Origin: Candidatus Latescibacterota bacterium
Lineage (GTDB): Bacteria; Latescibacterota; UBA2968; UBA8231
NCBI GenBank assembly: GCA_965217585.1
Contig: OZ244561.1
Span: 7,104,001 to 7,168,000 of the forward strand
DNA: 64,000 nt
Direction: 5' to 3'
The notes under the pieces were generated by a model. It worked only from the letters and a program-made list of their open reading frames with translations, made no database searches and was not told the DNA's origin. Of the stretch, positions 18,382 to 27,969 are shown in pieces. Made by a program: the position numbers and the translations under genes. Within the stretch, counting starts at the first letter, position 1, and the number at the start of each line of letters is the position of its first letter.

Positions 18382-19707
18382 TTAGGCTATCTCCGCCAGC
18401 GCGTTCCCCACCGCGGCGACTAAGCCGTCGATGTGCCCGGCGTCCATGGGCGTAGAAAGCGCGCACATGCCCAACCCTGAGCCGAGGAAGTACCCTTGCT
18501 CGATGAGCGAGAGAAAGAGCGGATGAATGGGGGTTTTGTCGGTGGCGGCGAGATCGCGGTAGTTGGCGATGGGGCCGCGGGCGAAGTGGATACTGAAGAC
18601 CGACCCCGTGCAGACCGCTTGGGCGGCGATGGCACGGGTGGCAAAGAGCGCGTTGAGTTGGTCCTTTAAGCGTGCTCCGAGTGCGTTCAGGTGGGCGATG
18701 GTTTGCGGCGTCAGCTCGCTCAGGGTCGCTAGGCCGGCGGCCATAGCTACTGGATGCGCGCTAAAGGTGCCGCTCTGGAAAAAGCCGGTGGATTGCTGCG
18801 AGTTGTCAAACAGGTCCATCAGGTCGGCCCGGCCGCCAAAGGCCCCCACCGGAAAGCCGCCGCCGATGATCTTGCCAAAGCAACTCAGGTCCGGGTCGAT
18901 GCCGTACAGGCCCTGCAAGCCGCCGGTGTCTGTGCGGAAGCCAACGATTTCGTCGAAGATGAGTAAGACTCCGTGGCGGCGGGTGATGTCGCGTACGGCG
19001 CGGGCAAAATCCGGCTGGACGTCCATGATACCGACCTTGGGATCGAAGAGGACGCAGGCTAGTTCGCTGGCGTGCGCGGCGACGAGCCGCTCGACGGCTT
19101 CTAGGTCGTGGTAGGGGAGGATGATGGCCTCGGACGCGGCCGACGGGGACATGCCGCCGGCTGTTGGCAGCGCGATGGGCGCGTCTGCGGGGCCGGCTCG
19201 GTCCAGGGGCGGAGCTACGCTGACTTCCACGGCGTCGTGGCTGCCGTGGTAGCCACCCTCGAACTTGGCGATTTTGCCGCGCTTGGTGTAGCCCCGCGCC
19301 AAGCGAATCGCGTGTAGCGTGGCCTCGGTTCCAGAGTTGACAAAGCGAATCCGCTCCAGCGCATCCACTCGGTCGCACATTGCGCGGGCGATTTCGCTCT
19401 CAATGCCGGTGGGCGCGCCCAAGGCAATGCCCTTTTGCATCTGCTCGCGCACGGCCGCTTCCACGCGCTCGTGCCCGTGCCCGAGGACTTGGGCCGTGTG
19501 GTGGTTGGCGCAATCGACGTAGCGCCGGCCATCGACATCCCACAGGTAGCAGTCCTTGCCACGGGCCATGGCGAGCGGATAGGGCGAGTAGTAATACGCG
19601 CCTTTGGCCGCACCGGCCGTATAGGCGCGGCCCTGCTCAAAAAGGGCGCGGGAGCGCGGGCTGGCGCGGCGATAGCGCGCTTCGAGGTCGGCGAGTGAGG
19701 TAGGCAT
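18382..19707 (-). CDS. Class III aminotransferase (glutamate-1-semialdehyde aminomutase-like)
   Basis: 'WDVDGRRYVD', 'FVNSGTEAT', 'LIFDEIVGFR', 'FGKIIGGGFPVGA', 'SGTFSAHP'. Context suggests a catabolic paralog rather than hemL. Confidence 0.85.
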   Translation of the reverse strand: MPTSLADLEARYRRASPRSRALFEQGRAYTAGAAKGAYYYSPYPLAMARGKDCYLWDVDGRRYVDCANHHTAQVLGHGHERVEAAVREQMQKGIALGAPTGIESEIARAMCDRVDALERIRFVNSGTEATLHAIRLARGYTKRGKIAKFEGGYHGSHDAVEVSVAPPLDRAGPADAPIALPTAGGMSPSAASEAIILPYHDLEAVERLVAAHASELACVLFDPKVGIMDVQPDFARAVRDITRRHGVLLIFDEIVGFRTDTGGLQGLYGIDPDLSCFGKIIGGGFPVGAFGGRADLMDLFDNSQQSTGFFQSGTFSAHPVAMAAGLATLSELTPQTIAHLNALGARLKDQLNALFATRAIAAQAVCTGSVFSIHFARGPIANYRDLAATDKTPIHPLFLSLIEQGYFLGSGLGMCALSTPMDAGHIDGLVAAVGNALAEIA

Positions 19708-19839
19708 AATGGGATATTATACTACTAAATGAGGCTGGTGCCCAACTCTCGCGGGCACGTGGAGTTGACGCAGCCCATGTTCGCCCCCATCCTTCTAGAA
19801 ACCACTCGCCCTATAAACCCTTCACCACCAATTGCTACC

Positions 19840-20934
19840 ATGTCCCAAACCGAATACGCCGTCCAAGTCGCGTCCTCGGCTGACGTTTCGCTGATCGACT
19901 GCGATGTCCACAACTACCCGAACTCCATCGACGAGCTCATGCCCTATCTGTCGGCGCGCTGGCAGGCGTACGTGCGGCAATCCGGGTTTAGCGGCCCGCC
20001 CGGGCCGACCTATCCCAAGGGGTTTGCCCAAGCTGCGCGGCGCGATGCTTGGCCGCCATCGGGCCTGCGGCCGGGCGGCGACCCGGATTTTGCACGCACC
20101 CAATTACTCGACGCTTGGGGCATTGACGTGGCCTTGCTCAATCCGCTCTACGGCATGACGTCCCTGCACAACCTCGACTTTGCCAACGCGCTAATGCGGG
20201 CGGTCAACGAGTGGACCGCGCACGCTTGGCTCGACCACGATCCGCGCTGGCGCGGCTCGATTGTGGTCAATGCCAGCGACCCGGCGGAGGCGGCCGCGGA
20301 AATCAAGCGGGCCGCGGCTGATCCGCGCTTTGTGCAGGCGCTGCTCTTAGTGCGGTCGAGCGCGCCGTATGGCAAGCGGCAGTTCCGGCCGATTTTTGCC
20401 GCGGCCTGCGAGGTCGGTCTGCCGGTGGGCATCCACTTTGGCGGCAGCGGCCAGCCCATCACGGCCTGCGGCTGGCCTTCCTATTACATCGAAGATCACA
20501 CGGCCATGTCGCAAGCCTTTGAGGCCCAGGTCGTCAGCCTTGTTTGCGAAGGGGTGTTCTGCGAGTTCCCAGAGCTGCGTGTCGCGCTTATCGAGGGGGG
20601 ATTCGCGTGGTTGCCCGGGCTGATGTGGCGGCTGGACAAAAACTACCGGGGCTTGCGCAGCGAGGTGCCGTGGCTAAAGAAGCGGCCCAGCGAATACATC
20701 CGCCAGCACTTCCGCTCCACGACCCAACCCATGGAAGAGCCAGACGATCCCCAGCACTTGTTGCAGATCATCGACATGATCGGCTGCGAGGAGTTCTTGA
20801 TGTTCGCCACGGATTATCCGCATTGGGACTTTGACTCGCCGGCCCGCGCCCTGCCGCCAGTGATTGACGACGCGCTGCGCCAGGGCATCAGGGTCGATAA
20901 TGCCGAGGCATTATATGGATTCGCGGCGCGTTGA
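19840..20934 (+). CDS. Amidohydrolase_2 family protein
   Basis: 'IDCDVHN', 'VGIHFG', 'LIEGGFAW', '[12 protein letters not shown]'. Confidence 0.87.
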   Translation: MSQTEYAVQVASSADVSLIDCDVHNYPNSIDELMPYLSARWQAYVRQSGFSGPPGPTYPKGFAQAARRDAWPPSGLRPGGDPDFARTQLLDAWGIDVALLNPLYGMTSLHNLDFANALMRAVNEWTAHAWLDHDPRWRGSIVVNASDPAEAAAEIKRAAADPRFVQALLLVRSSAPYGKRQFRPIFAAACEVGLPVGIHFGGSGQPITACGWPSYYIEDHTAMSQAFEAQVVSLVCEGVFCEFPELRVALIEGGFAWLPGLMWRLDKNYRGLRSEVPWLKKRPSEYIRQHFRSTTQPMEEPDDPQHLLQIIDMIGCEEFLMFATDYPHWDFDSPARALPPVIDDALRQGIRVDNAEALYGFAAR

Positions 20935-21280
20935 CGTAGGGCCGGTCGATGCCTTTGCCGATGGCGAGGTCCGCCGGGTCGAGGTCCAGGGGCGGGGCTT
21001 GGCCATCGTGCGGCAGGGGAATGCTTGGTACGCGCTCCGCGATATTTGTCCACATCAAGGAGCACGCCTGTCGGATGGCCGGGTTGGGGGCACGGCGCTG
21101 GCGCGGCACCCAGGGGACGAAATCGTCTTGGGACGCGCGGGCGAAATTCTGAGCTGCCCGTGGCACGGCTGGGAATACGACGTGCGCACGGGCCGCTCGC
21201 TCTGCGAGCCTGAAAAGGTGCGGGTGCGGACCTATCCGGCCCGCGTGGAGGCCGGTCGGGTGGTCGTGGAACTGGACTAG
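20915..21280 (+). CDS. Rieske (2Fe-2S) ferredoxin
   Basis: 'CPHQG...[13 protein letters not shown]'; start taken at MDSRRVDVG. Confidence 0.88.
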   Translation: MDSRRVDVGPVDAFADGEVRRVEVQGRGLAIVRQGNAWYALRDICPHQGARLSDGRVGGTALARHPGDEIVLGRAGEILSCPWHGWEYDVRTGRSLCEPEKVRVRTYPARVEAGRVVVELD

Positions 21281-22263
21281 GCCCGTGGCACCGGAATGGG
21301 CACCGGCGCGTTGCCCTGTTTTTGCGATTCTAAAAACCCAATAATCAGCTCTACTACAGTGTGCCCGGCCCGGCCCGGCGACACCGACTCGACGCCTTGG
21401 TCCATGGATGCAATCAACTCGTGGATGCCGGCGGGGATACCCTCGATCGGCCATGTGGGCGGCTCAATCGGTTCGGCCTCTTCGCCCCGGTACAGGATGC
21501 TCGTTTGGCCGAGGAGTAATCGTCCGGTGGTGCCGACCACTTCGAGTTGCTGCTTGGGCGCTGGCGTGGTCTTAGAGCCGCCGATGTAGAAGCCCCGCAC
21601 CCCCCCGGCAAAGTGGATGTACCCGTTAGCTCCCGGCTCGGTGGCTGGCACGTGGCCGCCGTCGCCGCGGTACTCGGCGTAGTCCGCGTATCCTTCCTCC
21701 AACTCGGCCACCACCCACTGGGGCTGCGCGCCCGCGTAGTAGCATATAGCGTCGAGGGTGTGGGTGCCGTTGCGGAAGAGCATGGCGCGGGGGCCGGAGA
21801 GCGTGCCGATGACGTATTGCACCGGGCCGATGACGCCTTGATCGACGATCTCTTCTTTGGCGTGCCGCCACAGGGGCATGAAGCGCCGGGTGTGATCGAC
21901 CGACAGGGTGGTGTTGTTGGCATCGCAAGCGGCGATCATGCGGTCGGCGTCTGCGAGGTTGGTAGCCAGCGGTTTTTCGCAGAAGATGCCCTTGGCCCCG
22001 GCGTTGGCCGCATCGACGACTAAGTCGGCGTGGCGGTGGTCCGAGGTGGCGACGGTGACGATGTCCAGCGATTCGCGGGCGAGCATCTCGCGGTGATCGC
22101 GGTACAGGGTAAGGTCCGCATCTGGCCAGCGTTGCTCAAACTCGCGGAGGGTTGCTTCGTCGAGGTCGCAAGCCGCTGTGAGGCTGGCGCGGTCTGACCC
22201 GACAATCCCGGTGGCGTGGGCCACGCCAATGCCGCGGCAGCCAATGACTCCAGCTTTATACAT
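21277..22263 (-). CDS. Gfo/Idh/MocA family oxidoreductase
   Basis: 'GVIGCRGIG', 'IFCEKPLA', 'NGTHTLD'. Confidence 0.88.
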   Translation of the reverse strand: MYKAGVIGCRGIGVAHATGIVGSDRASLTAACDLDEATLREFEQRWPDADLTLYRDHREMLARESLDIVTVATSDHRHADLVVDAANAGAKGIFCEKPLATNLADADRMIAACDANNTTLSVDHTRRFMPLWRHAKEEIVDQGVIGPVQYVIGTLSGPRAMLFRNGTHTLDAICYYAGAQPQWVVAELEEGYADYAEYRGDGGHVPATEPGANGYIHFAGGVRGFYIGGSKTTPAPKQQLEVVGTTGRLLLGQTSILYRGEEAEPIEPPTWPIEGIPAGIHELIASMDQGVESVSPGRAGHTVVELIIGFLESQKQGNAPVPIPVPRA

Positions 22264-22293
22264 GTCGTGCTCCTTTGTTTAGGGTTTCACTCA

Positions 22294-23661
22294 TCATGCA
22301 GTGTAAGGAACGGTGCCTCGTGCATCTACTTGGTACCCCCAGCGTTCGAGATAGGCTGGGCCGGGGAGGAAGAGGTCGTCGGCTGCGGCGAGGCGGCGCG
22401 TTAGGGTCGCGTCTAATTCGTCGAGCAAGTCCTGCTGGCCAGGCTGTCCGACGAGGTTGTCCTGTTGGAAGGGATCGGCCTCGTTGTCGTAGAGCAGCCA
22501 CGGCCCCTCTAGGGCGCGCACGTACGTGTGGCGGCGGGTGCGTAGGCCCCGGTAGGACCGGCCGCCGCCGCCGGTCCACCACTGCCCAAAGGGATGGGGG
22601 CACTGCAAGAGCGCGGTGCCGTCCGAGGGGTCTGAACCGCCTTGTAGGTACTCGGAAAAGTCGATGCCCTCCACGGTGGAAGGGATCGGTAGGTCGCACA
22701 GTCCCAACAGGGTCGGCATGATGTCCGGCAGGTCAATCAGCGCGTCGAGTTGGCGGCCGGCGGTGTCCATCCCTGGATAGCGCAGCAGGAACGGCACGCG
22801 GATGGACTCTTCATAGGGCTTTTGCTTTTTGTCCATGCCCTGCGAGCCGAGCATGTCGCCGTGATCCGAGAAGAACAGAAAGACTGTCTCTTGCTCCAAT
22901 CCCTCCTCTTGTAAGGTCTGGAGCAACATGCCGACGCAGTCGTCCAAGGCCGTGCAATGGGCGTAGTACCCGGCGAGCCACTGCCGCGCGGGTTCGGCCC
23001 AGTCGCTCGGCACATTGGGCCGCAGGGCGATAGCTGCCGGATCGTACAGAGCTTGGTATACTTCCGGGGCCGTGTGATAGGGGGCGTGCGGCGGCCCCCA
23101 CGACAGGACCAGCAAAAAAGGATTGGTCTCGCCTGAAGTCGAGGTGAAGCCGCGTCGGCTGCGCAGGTACGCTTGGGCGTCGCGGGTCTGGGCCAAGGCG
23201 TCGTAGCCCTCCCACACGAGCTGCTCGTCCGAGTCGCCGGCATAGTACGCGGAATGGTTGTAGTCGTGAGTGCATTCGAGCACCTTCCAGTACTCGAAGC
23301 CCTGCCGCCGCTCGGGCGGGATATAGCGGGAGCGGCCGCGGCCATTGACGTGCCATTTGCCGATATAGGCCGTGTCGTAGCCGCCCGCGCTGAAAGCCTG
23401 CGCGAGGCTCGTGGCGTCTTGGCCCAGCTCTACGTCGTTGACGAAGACGCCGTGCGTGAGGGGGTATTGACCAGTCAGGATCGAGGCCCGCGCTGGCGAG
23501 CACACCGAGCAGCCAGACACCGCGTGGGTGCAGTTGACGCTGCGGCGCGCTAACGCGTCCAAATTGGGGGTTTGCACGTTGGGGTCGCCGGCGTATCCGC
23601 AGGCTTGGGCACGCCATTGGTCGGCGAAGACGAGGACGACATTCGGCTTTTTGTTGGTCAC
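22294..23661 (-). CDS. Sulfatase
   Basis: GTG start (VTNKKPNVVLVFADQWR) with AGGAG; 'CSPARASILTG', 'GKWH', 'SDHGD'. Confidence 0.9.
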   Translation of the reverse strand: MTNKKPNVVLVFADQWRAQACGYAGDPNVQTPNLDALARRSVNCTHAVSGCSVCSPARASILTGQYPLTHGVFVNDVELGQDATSLAQAFSAGGYDTAYIGKWHVNGRGRSRYIPPERRQGFEYWKVLECTHDYNHSAYYAGDSDEQLVWEGYDALAQTRDAQAYLRSRRGFTSTSGETNPFLLVLSWGPPHAPYHTAPEVYQALYDPAAIALRPNVPSDWAEPARQWLAGYYAHCTALDDCVGMLLQTLQEEGLEQETVFLFFSDHGDMLGSQGMDKKQKPYEESIRVPFLLRYPGMDTAGRQLDALIDLPDIMPTLLGLCDLPIPSTVEGIDFSEYLQGGSDPSDGTALLQCPHPFGQWWTGGGGRSYRGLRTRRHTYVRALEGPWLLYDNEADPFQQDNLVGQPGQQDLLDELDATLTRRLAAADDLFLPGPAYLERWGYQVDARGTVPYTA

Positions 23662-23727
23662 TGCGCGTCTCCTGCGTTGGAACTGGACTAGCCCCAATAT
23701 CTTCGCGTTGGGGGTTGGCTGTCAATG

Positions 23728-23756
23728 TTGACCGGGTTCGACGCGCGCGGTACTTT
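23728..23756 (+). promoter_or_regulatory. Sigma70-like promoter, copy 1
   Basis: TTGACC-N17-TACTTT upstream of the AAA/PD-(D/E)XK gene; the -35 box is half of the palindrome GTCAA-tg-TTGAC. Confidence 0.55.
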
Positions 23757-23790
23757 GGCCGCTTGAAAGCCCTGTCTGGAGGATGCCCCC

Positions 23791-25338
23791 ATGAGCAAAC
23801 GCAGATTACCCATCGGCATTCAAACCTTCCGCGAGATCCGCGAGGAAGACTGCTACTACGTCGATAAGACCGGCTACATCTGCCGGCTGCTCGACGAGGG
23901 CAAGCACTACTTTCTGTCGCGTCCGCGCCGCTTTGGCAAAAGCCTGTTGTTGGACACGCTCAAGGAGGTGTTCGAGGGCAACAAATCGCTGTTTGAGGGG
24001 TTGGACATCCACGACCACTGGGATTGGTCACGGCGGTATCCGGTTGTGCGGCTGGACTTCAGCGGCGGCAGTTACTACGAGCGGGGTGGTCTGCACGAAG
24101 ACGCGATGGCGCAACTACAAGATTTGGCAGAAGAGGCCGGGGTTACGACCCGTTACGAGAGCGCCTCGGCGTGCTTTCGCCATCTGCTTGGGGCACTGAG
24201 TCGGCAGGCTGGGCAGCGCGTTGTAGTGCTGGTAGATGAGTATGACAAGCCGATTTTGGATGCGCTGGAGGTGCCGGACATCGCCCGCGCTAACCGCGAC
24301 TTTCTGCGCGACCTGTACGCGATGATCAAATCCAGCGATGCACACATCCGCTTCGCTTTCATTACGGGGGTGAGCAAGTTTTCCAAGGTCAGTTTGTTTT
24401 CTGGACTCAACAACCTCAAGGACATCACCCTCGACCCGCGCTACTCCGCTATCTGCGGCTACACCGAGGCAGACCTCGACGCGGTGTTCGCACCGGAGTT
24501 GCCCGGCCTCGATAGGGACGAGATCCGCGACTGGTACAACGGCTACCGTTGGCTCGGTGACGAGAAGGTGTACAATCCCTTCGACATCCTGCTGCTCTTC
24601 GACAGCCGCAAGTTCGGTGCCTATTGGTTCGAGACGGGTACACCGACGTTCTTGGTCGAAACCCTGTGCAAGCGCCACGTCAGCTCCTTGGAGTTGGGCA
24701 GCATGGAGGGCAGCAGCGACCTGTTGTCCACCTTCGACGTGGACGACATAGCGACCGAGGCCCTGCTGTTCCAGACCGGCTACCTCACCATCCAAGACGA
24801 GGAAGACCTCGGCGGTGAGCCCGTCTATCGGCTAGGCTATCCCAACCGCGAGGTACGGCAGAGCCTGAACCGCAGCCTGCTGCGCTACTTGGTGCAGGAT
24901 GCCACGCGGCAGATGGCCAATAGCGTCCGGCTCTACCGGCTATTAGAGGCCAACGACTTCGCCGGGCTGGAGACGCTATTCCACGCCTTTTTCGCCAGCA
25001 TTCCCTATGAGTGGTACACCAACAACGACATCGCCCGGTACGAAGGCTATTACGCCAGCGTGTTCTACTCCTATTTCGCCGGGCTAGGGCTGGACATCAA
25101 GGTAGAGGACAGCAGTAGCCACGGACGATTGGACATGGCGGTTCTATTCAACGGCAACGTCTATCTATTTGAGTTCAAGGTGGTCGAGTTGGCGTCCGGG
25201 GGCGCGGCGATGGGGCAATTGAAGGAGCGGCGCTACGCGGATAAGTATCGCGGTTTGGGGCAGCCGATATACCTGATTGGCGTGGAGTTTAGTAAGGATA
25301 CGCGCAATGTGGCGGCGTTTGCGGTGGAGCGGGCGTGA
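23791..25338 (+). CDS. AAA-ATPase-like + PD-(D/E)XK (DUF1703/PDDEXK_9) nuclease
   Basis: 'LPIGIQTF...YVDKT', 'SRPRRFGKS', 'LVDEYDKP', 'YWFETGTP', 'GRLDMA...FEFK', 'YADKY'. Confidence 0.92.
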   Translation: MSKRRLPIGIQTFREIREEDCYYVDKTGYICRLLDEGKHYFLSRPRRFGKSLLLDTLKEVFEGNKSLFEGLDIHDHWDWSRRYPVVRLDFSGGSYYERGGLHEDAMAQLQDLAEEAGVTTRYESASACFRHLLGALSRQAGQRVVVLVDEYDKPILDALEVPDIARANRDFLRDLYAMIKSSDAHIRFAFITGVSKFSKVSLFSGLNNLKDITLDPRYSAICGYTEADLDAVFAPELPGLDRDEIRDWYNGYRWLGDEKVYNPFDILLLFDSRKFGAYWFETGTPTFLVETLCKRHVSSLELGSMEGSSDLLSTFDVDDIATEALLFQTGYLTIQDEEDLGGEPVYRLGYPNREVRQSLNRSLLRYLVQDATRQMANSVRLYRLLEANDFAGLETLFHAFFASIPYEWYTNNDIARYEGYYASVFYSYFAGLGLDIKVEDSSSHGRLDMAVLFNGNVYLFEFKVVELASGGAAMGQLKERRYADKYRGLGQPIYLIGVEFSKDTRNVAAFAVERA

Positions 25339-25360
25339 GCGTCGGGGGTGGCTGTCAAAA

Positions 25361-25389
25361 TTGACCGGGTTCAACGCACCCGGTACAAT
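25361..25389 (+). promoter_or_regulatory. Sigma70-like promoter, copy 2
   Basis: TTGACC-N17-TACAAT upstream of the VOC gene; palindrome GTCAA-aa-TTGAC; near-identical to the 23711-23756 segment. Confidence 0.65.
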
Positions 25390-25428
25390 CGAATTCTATC
25401 GACTTAAACTCATCCACGGGAGGAAAAT

Positions 25429-25947
25429 ATGAGAAGTCACAGAATTGCCGCAGCAGTAGTAGTTGCAGGAATCGCCATCGGCATTAGCTCAATCGCCGTC
25501 GCCCACGAGGACCACGACAAGGCTTCCGCACCCACGGCGTTCACCGCCATGACGCCGATTCTGAACGTCGCAAGCGTGGAGGCGAGCATCGAGCACTACA
25601 CCTCGGTTCTTGGTTTCAACAAGGACTGGGACTGGCCCGCCGAGGCCGAGGACAAGACCTTTGCCTCCCTATCCAATGGCGAGGTGCATATCTTTCTCGC
25701 CGAGAATTCGCAGGGTGCCCGACCGGTGTGGCTCTACTACAACGTCGGGGATGTTGACAAGCTGCACGAGGGGTACGCGGCGGCGGGGGCGAACATAAAG
25801 AAGGTGCCTGTTGACGAGCCTTGGGGGGCGCGGGAGATGCTGGTTGAGGACTTAGATGGGCATGTTTTGCGGATTGGCGGGCCGCCTAGCAGGGGAGAGG
25901 GTGGTGAGAGTGAGGAAGGGGGCGATGAGACGAAAGAAGATGGCTAA
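25429..25947 (+). CDS. VOC/glyoxalase family protein with signal peptide
   Basis: GGAGG RBS; 'PILNVASVEASIEHYTSVLGF', 'DVDKLH', 'EPWGAREMLVEDLDGHVLRIG'. Confidence 0.85.
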   Translation: MRSHRIAAAVVVAGIAIGISSIAVAHEDHDKASAPTAFTAMTPILNVASVEASIEHYTSVLGFNKDWDWPAEAEDKTFASLSNGEVHIFLAENSQGARPVWLYYNVGDVDKLHEGYAAAGANIKKVPVDEPWGAREMLVEDLDGHVLRIGGPPSRGEGGESEEGGDETKEDG

Positions 25948-26143
25948 AGTCAACGACACAGAGCAGCCTTCAGAGAGTGAGAACACTCGAACTATCCCTT
26001 CGGCGGTCAAACTCAAGCAGCTAATAGGCACCTCGCCCGCTTGCCGAATGCTGACGCCGGAAGAAATCGAGTTGCTGAGGAAAAGCAAGCAGGAAATGGA
26101 TCAAGTCGTGGGCGAGGTCCTTGCGGGGAAACGAGATACATAG
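25940..26143 (+). CDS. Small protein of an 'MLTPxEI' family, stand-alone paralog of the ORF hidden in csb2
   Basis: MAKVND...GTSPACRMLTPEEIELLRKSKQEM...; 30/47 identities with 29212-29421 over the C-terminal part. Overlaps the VOC stop; alternative start 25925. Confidence 0.6.
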   Translation: MAKVNDTEQPSESENTRTIPSAVKLKQLIGTSPACRMLTPEEIELLRKSKQEMDQVVGEVLAGKRDT

Positions 26144-26300
26144 GATTTGACCAAGCCGATAAACCTGATTGGCGTGGAGTGCAGCAAGGATGGGAGCGAA
26201 GCGGGGGCAGGCAGGCTCTGAGACGCCAATGCCGATGGAGTGGGCGACGCCAATGCTGCGGTAGCCGATGACTCCAGATCGGGTACATAGTAGGTTGCCT

Positions 26301-26424
26301 TATTCAATGAGGCCGGGGCAACGAGGCCCCGGAAATACGCACATACTTTGTGCGAGAAAATCACAACTCCCATACTTCAATGAGGCCCGACGATAGGGGA
26401 CGCTATTGCGCTGTCGGGGAAAAT
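26301..26424 (-). ncRNA. CRISPR-like mini-array (pseudo-repeat / 37-nt spacer / pseudo-repeat), putative regulatory crRNA
   Basis: 26301-26336 matches the array repeat at 27/36 with the stem kept. 26374-26424 keeps the 3' GGCCTCATTGAAG(T) and a longer hairpin. Spacer 26337-26373. Confidence 0.8.
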
Positions 26425-26439
26425 TTCATAGATTTATGG

Positions 26440-26459
26440 TTCATGGGAGTAGTAATATT
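26440..26459 (+). promoter_or_regulatory. Predicted target of the mini-array spacer (TTC PAM + partial protospacer) in an AT-rich promoter region
   Basis: TTC-ATGGGAGTAGTAATATT versus spacer ATGGGAGTTGTGATTTT: 14/17, first 8 perfect. Confidence 0.65.
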
Positions 26460-26484
26460 AAACATTTTAGGAGGATAGAGTCCA

Positions 26485-26688
26485 ATGAGAAATAAATATT
26501 GCCTCACACATTTAGCTTTTCAGTTTGAGCAGGTTTCGGTCGAGATCGTTAATGACGAGCCATCCTACGGGACTAGATATGAGCAACGATCTAGGCCCTC
26601 CAACCCGGAACAGACTACTGTACCAAAACTCAAGCCCTTGTTGCTCCCCGCCGGGGACAGCGCGAGGAATACTAAAGATGACCTCTAA
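26485..26688 (+). CDS. Small hypothetical ORF (67 aa) ahead of csb1; candidate CRISPR-repressed toxin or leader peptide
   Basis: AGGAGG at 26469-26474; no recognisable motif. Confidence 0.35.
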   Translation: MRNKYCLTHLAFQFEQVSVEIVNDEPSYGTRYEQRSRPSNPEQTTVPKLKPLLLPAGDSARNTKDDL

Positions 26689-26760
26689 CCAAACGAAACG
26701 TCGCGACTAATGTCAATCACCGCTGCGGCAAGACGCAGCCAAAACGAACGAGGATAGACT

Positions 26761-27969
26761 ATGATAATTGATCTACAGACCTTGCGGGACGCGGTTGGCG
26801 GAACGGCGGCAGCATTTCGGTGTGTGACCGACTATCAGCCGACGGGAGGCCGTGGTGATAAGGTTTTTCCGCCAACCTATGAAGGCGGCAAATACGCCAC
26901 AGAGGAGCGCGTTGATCCCGCTACTGGCGAGGTTCGGCAGTGCATTCTCTTGGATTCAGTGCAGTCGCAGGCCAACCGGATGGAGTTGGCATTGCTGGAG
27001 GCACACTGCGCCGGAACGGTACAGCTTCCTCTGCTAGTAACGCGCTTCGATCAGGAGAAACTGCTCAAGAAGTTCTCGGTGACCAGCTTGGAGGCACCTC
27101 ATCGCATCGCGGATGCGTTGTTCCGCGACAGCCTGCTTGAAGGCACGATTTTCCGCAAATCAGAGAAAGGTCGAATACTCGACACTGCGGAGGTGAGGAA
27201 CGCCACCGGCCTATTTGGCTTGTGTCCGACCGCACTGATATTTGGGCTGTGGGACTCGACTGGACCGCGTGGAGGCTTGGGGTGCAAGTTTCAGCGGGCG
27301 GTAGTGTCGGAGATTATGGGATATGATGCGGTGGCAGGGGAGAAAACAGGAAGCCGCATCGATCCCGCTCAGATCATGCTTGGAGCGGGTCCGTTATACG
27401 AGCGCAAGTCTTCAGATGATGATGTACCTGATTGGACCTTGGATGAAAAAGCGGGATCTAAAAAGTTGGGGAAGGACAAGAAAGGAAGGCCATCGGAAGC
27501 CAATCACGGAAACGTCACGCCAACTATTACGGAAGGCGGATTCACCATCTCCAGTGCCCGGCAAACGACAACCTTGTCTCTGGCCGTCTTGCGCCGTCTC
27601 CGTTTTCCCCACAACGGTGCCGCTGATTCTAACCACGATACCGACCTCGCGGCACGCACCGCACTGGCCGCCTTGGGCCTCACCGCCGGTATTCTAGCGA
27701 GGATCGATACGGACCTTCGCTCTCGTTGCCAGCTTTTCGCTGAACAAGAACCTGTGTGGGAACTGCTCGACCGCCCAGGAGAACCTCCACGGAAATTTGA
27801 ACTTAGTCCCGAAGATGCGCTGAAACTGTTGGCAGCGGCCATTACCGAGGCGAAAAACGCGGGACTACCGTGGGAGGACGAAATTGAGTTGACCCCATCG
27901 CCCGAACTTGTCGAACTGGTTCGGCGTAGCCAGGAATTGGCCAGCACATCGGGAGAAGGGGAAGACTGA
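26761..27969 (+). CDS. csb1: Type I-G Cas7 (Csb1)
   Basis: 'GDKVFPPTY', 'LLDSVQSQANRME', 'LEAPHRIADA', 'PTALIFGLWDS', 'PSEANHGNV', 'LRSRC'. Confidence 0.93.
   Translation: MIIDLQTLRDAVGGTAAAFRCVTDYQPTGGRGDKVFPPTYEGGKYATEERVDPATGEVRQCILLDSVQSQANRMELALLEAHCAGTVQLPLLVTRFDQEKLLKKFSVTSLEAPHRIADALFRDSLLEGTIFRKSEKGRILDTAEVRNATGLFGLCPTALIFGLWDSTGPRGGLGCKFQRAVVSEIMGYDAVAGEKTGSRIDPAQIMLGAGPLYERKSSDDDVPDWTLDEKAGSKKLGKDKKGRPSEANHGNVTPTITEGGFTISSARQTTTLSLAVLRRLRFPHNGAADSNHDTDLAARTALAALGLTAGILARIDTDLRSRCQLFAEQEPVWELLDRPGEPPRKFELSPEDALKLLAAAITEAKNAGLPWEDEIELTPSPELVELVRRSQELASTSGEGED

Noticed and set aside
26469-26500. Classical CreT RNA toxin (SD, AUG, tandem rare codons, stop, hairpin)
   Set aside because: Only one AGA follows the ATG and the frame stays open for 67 codons; a protein toxin or plain cas autorepression fits better.
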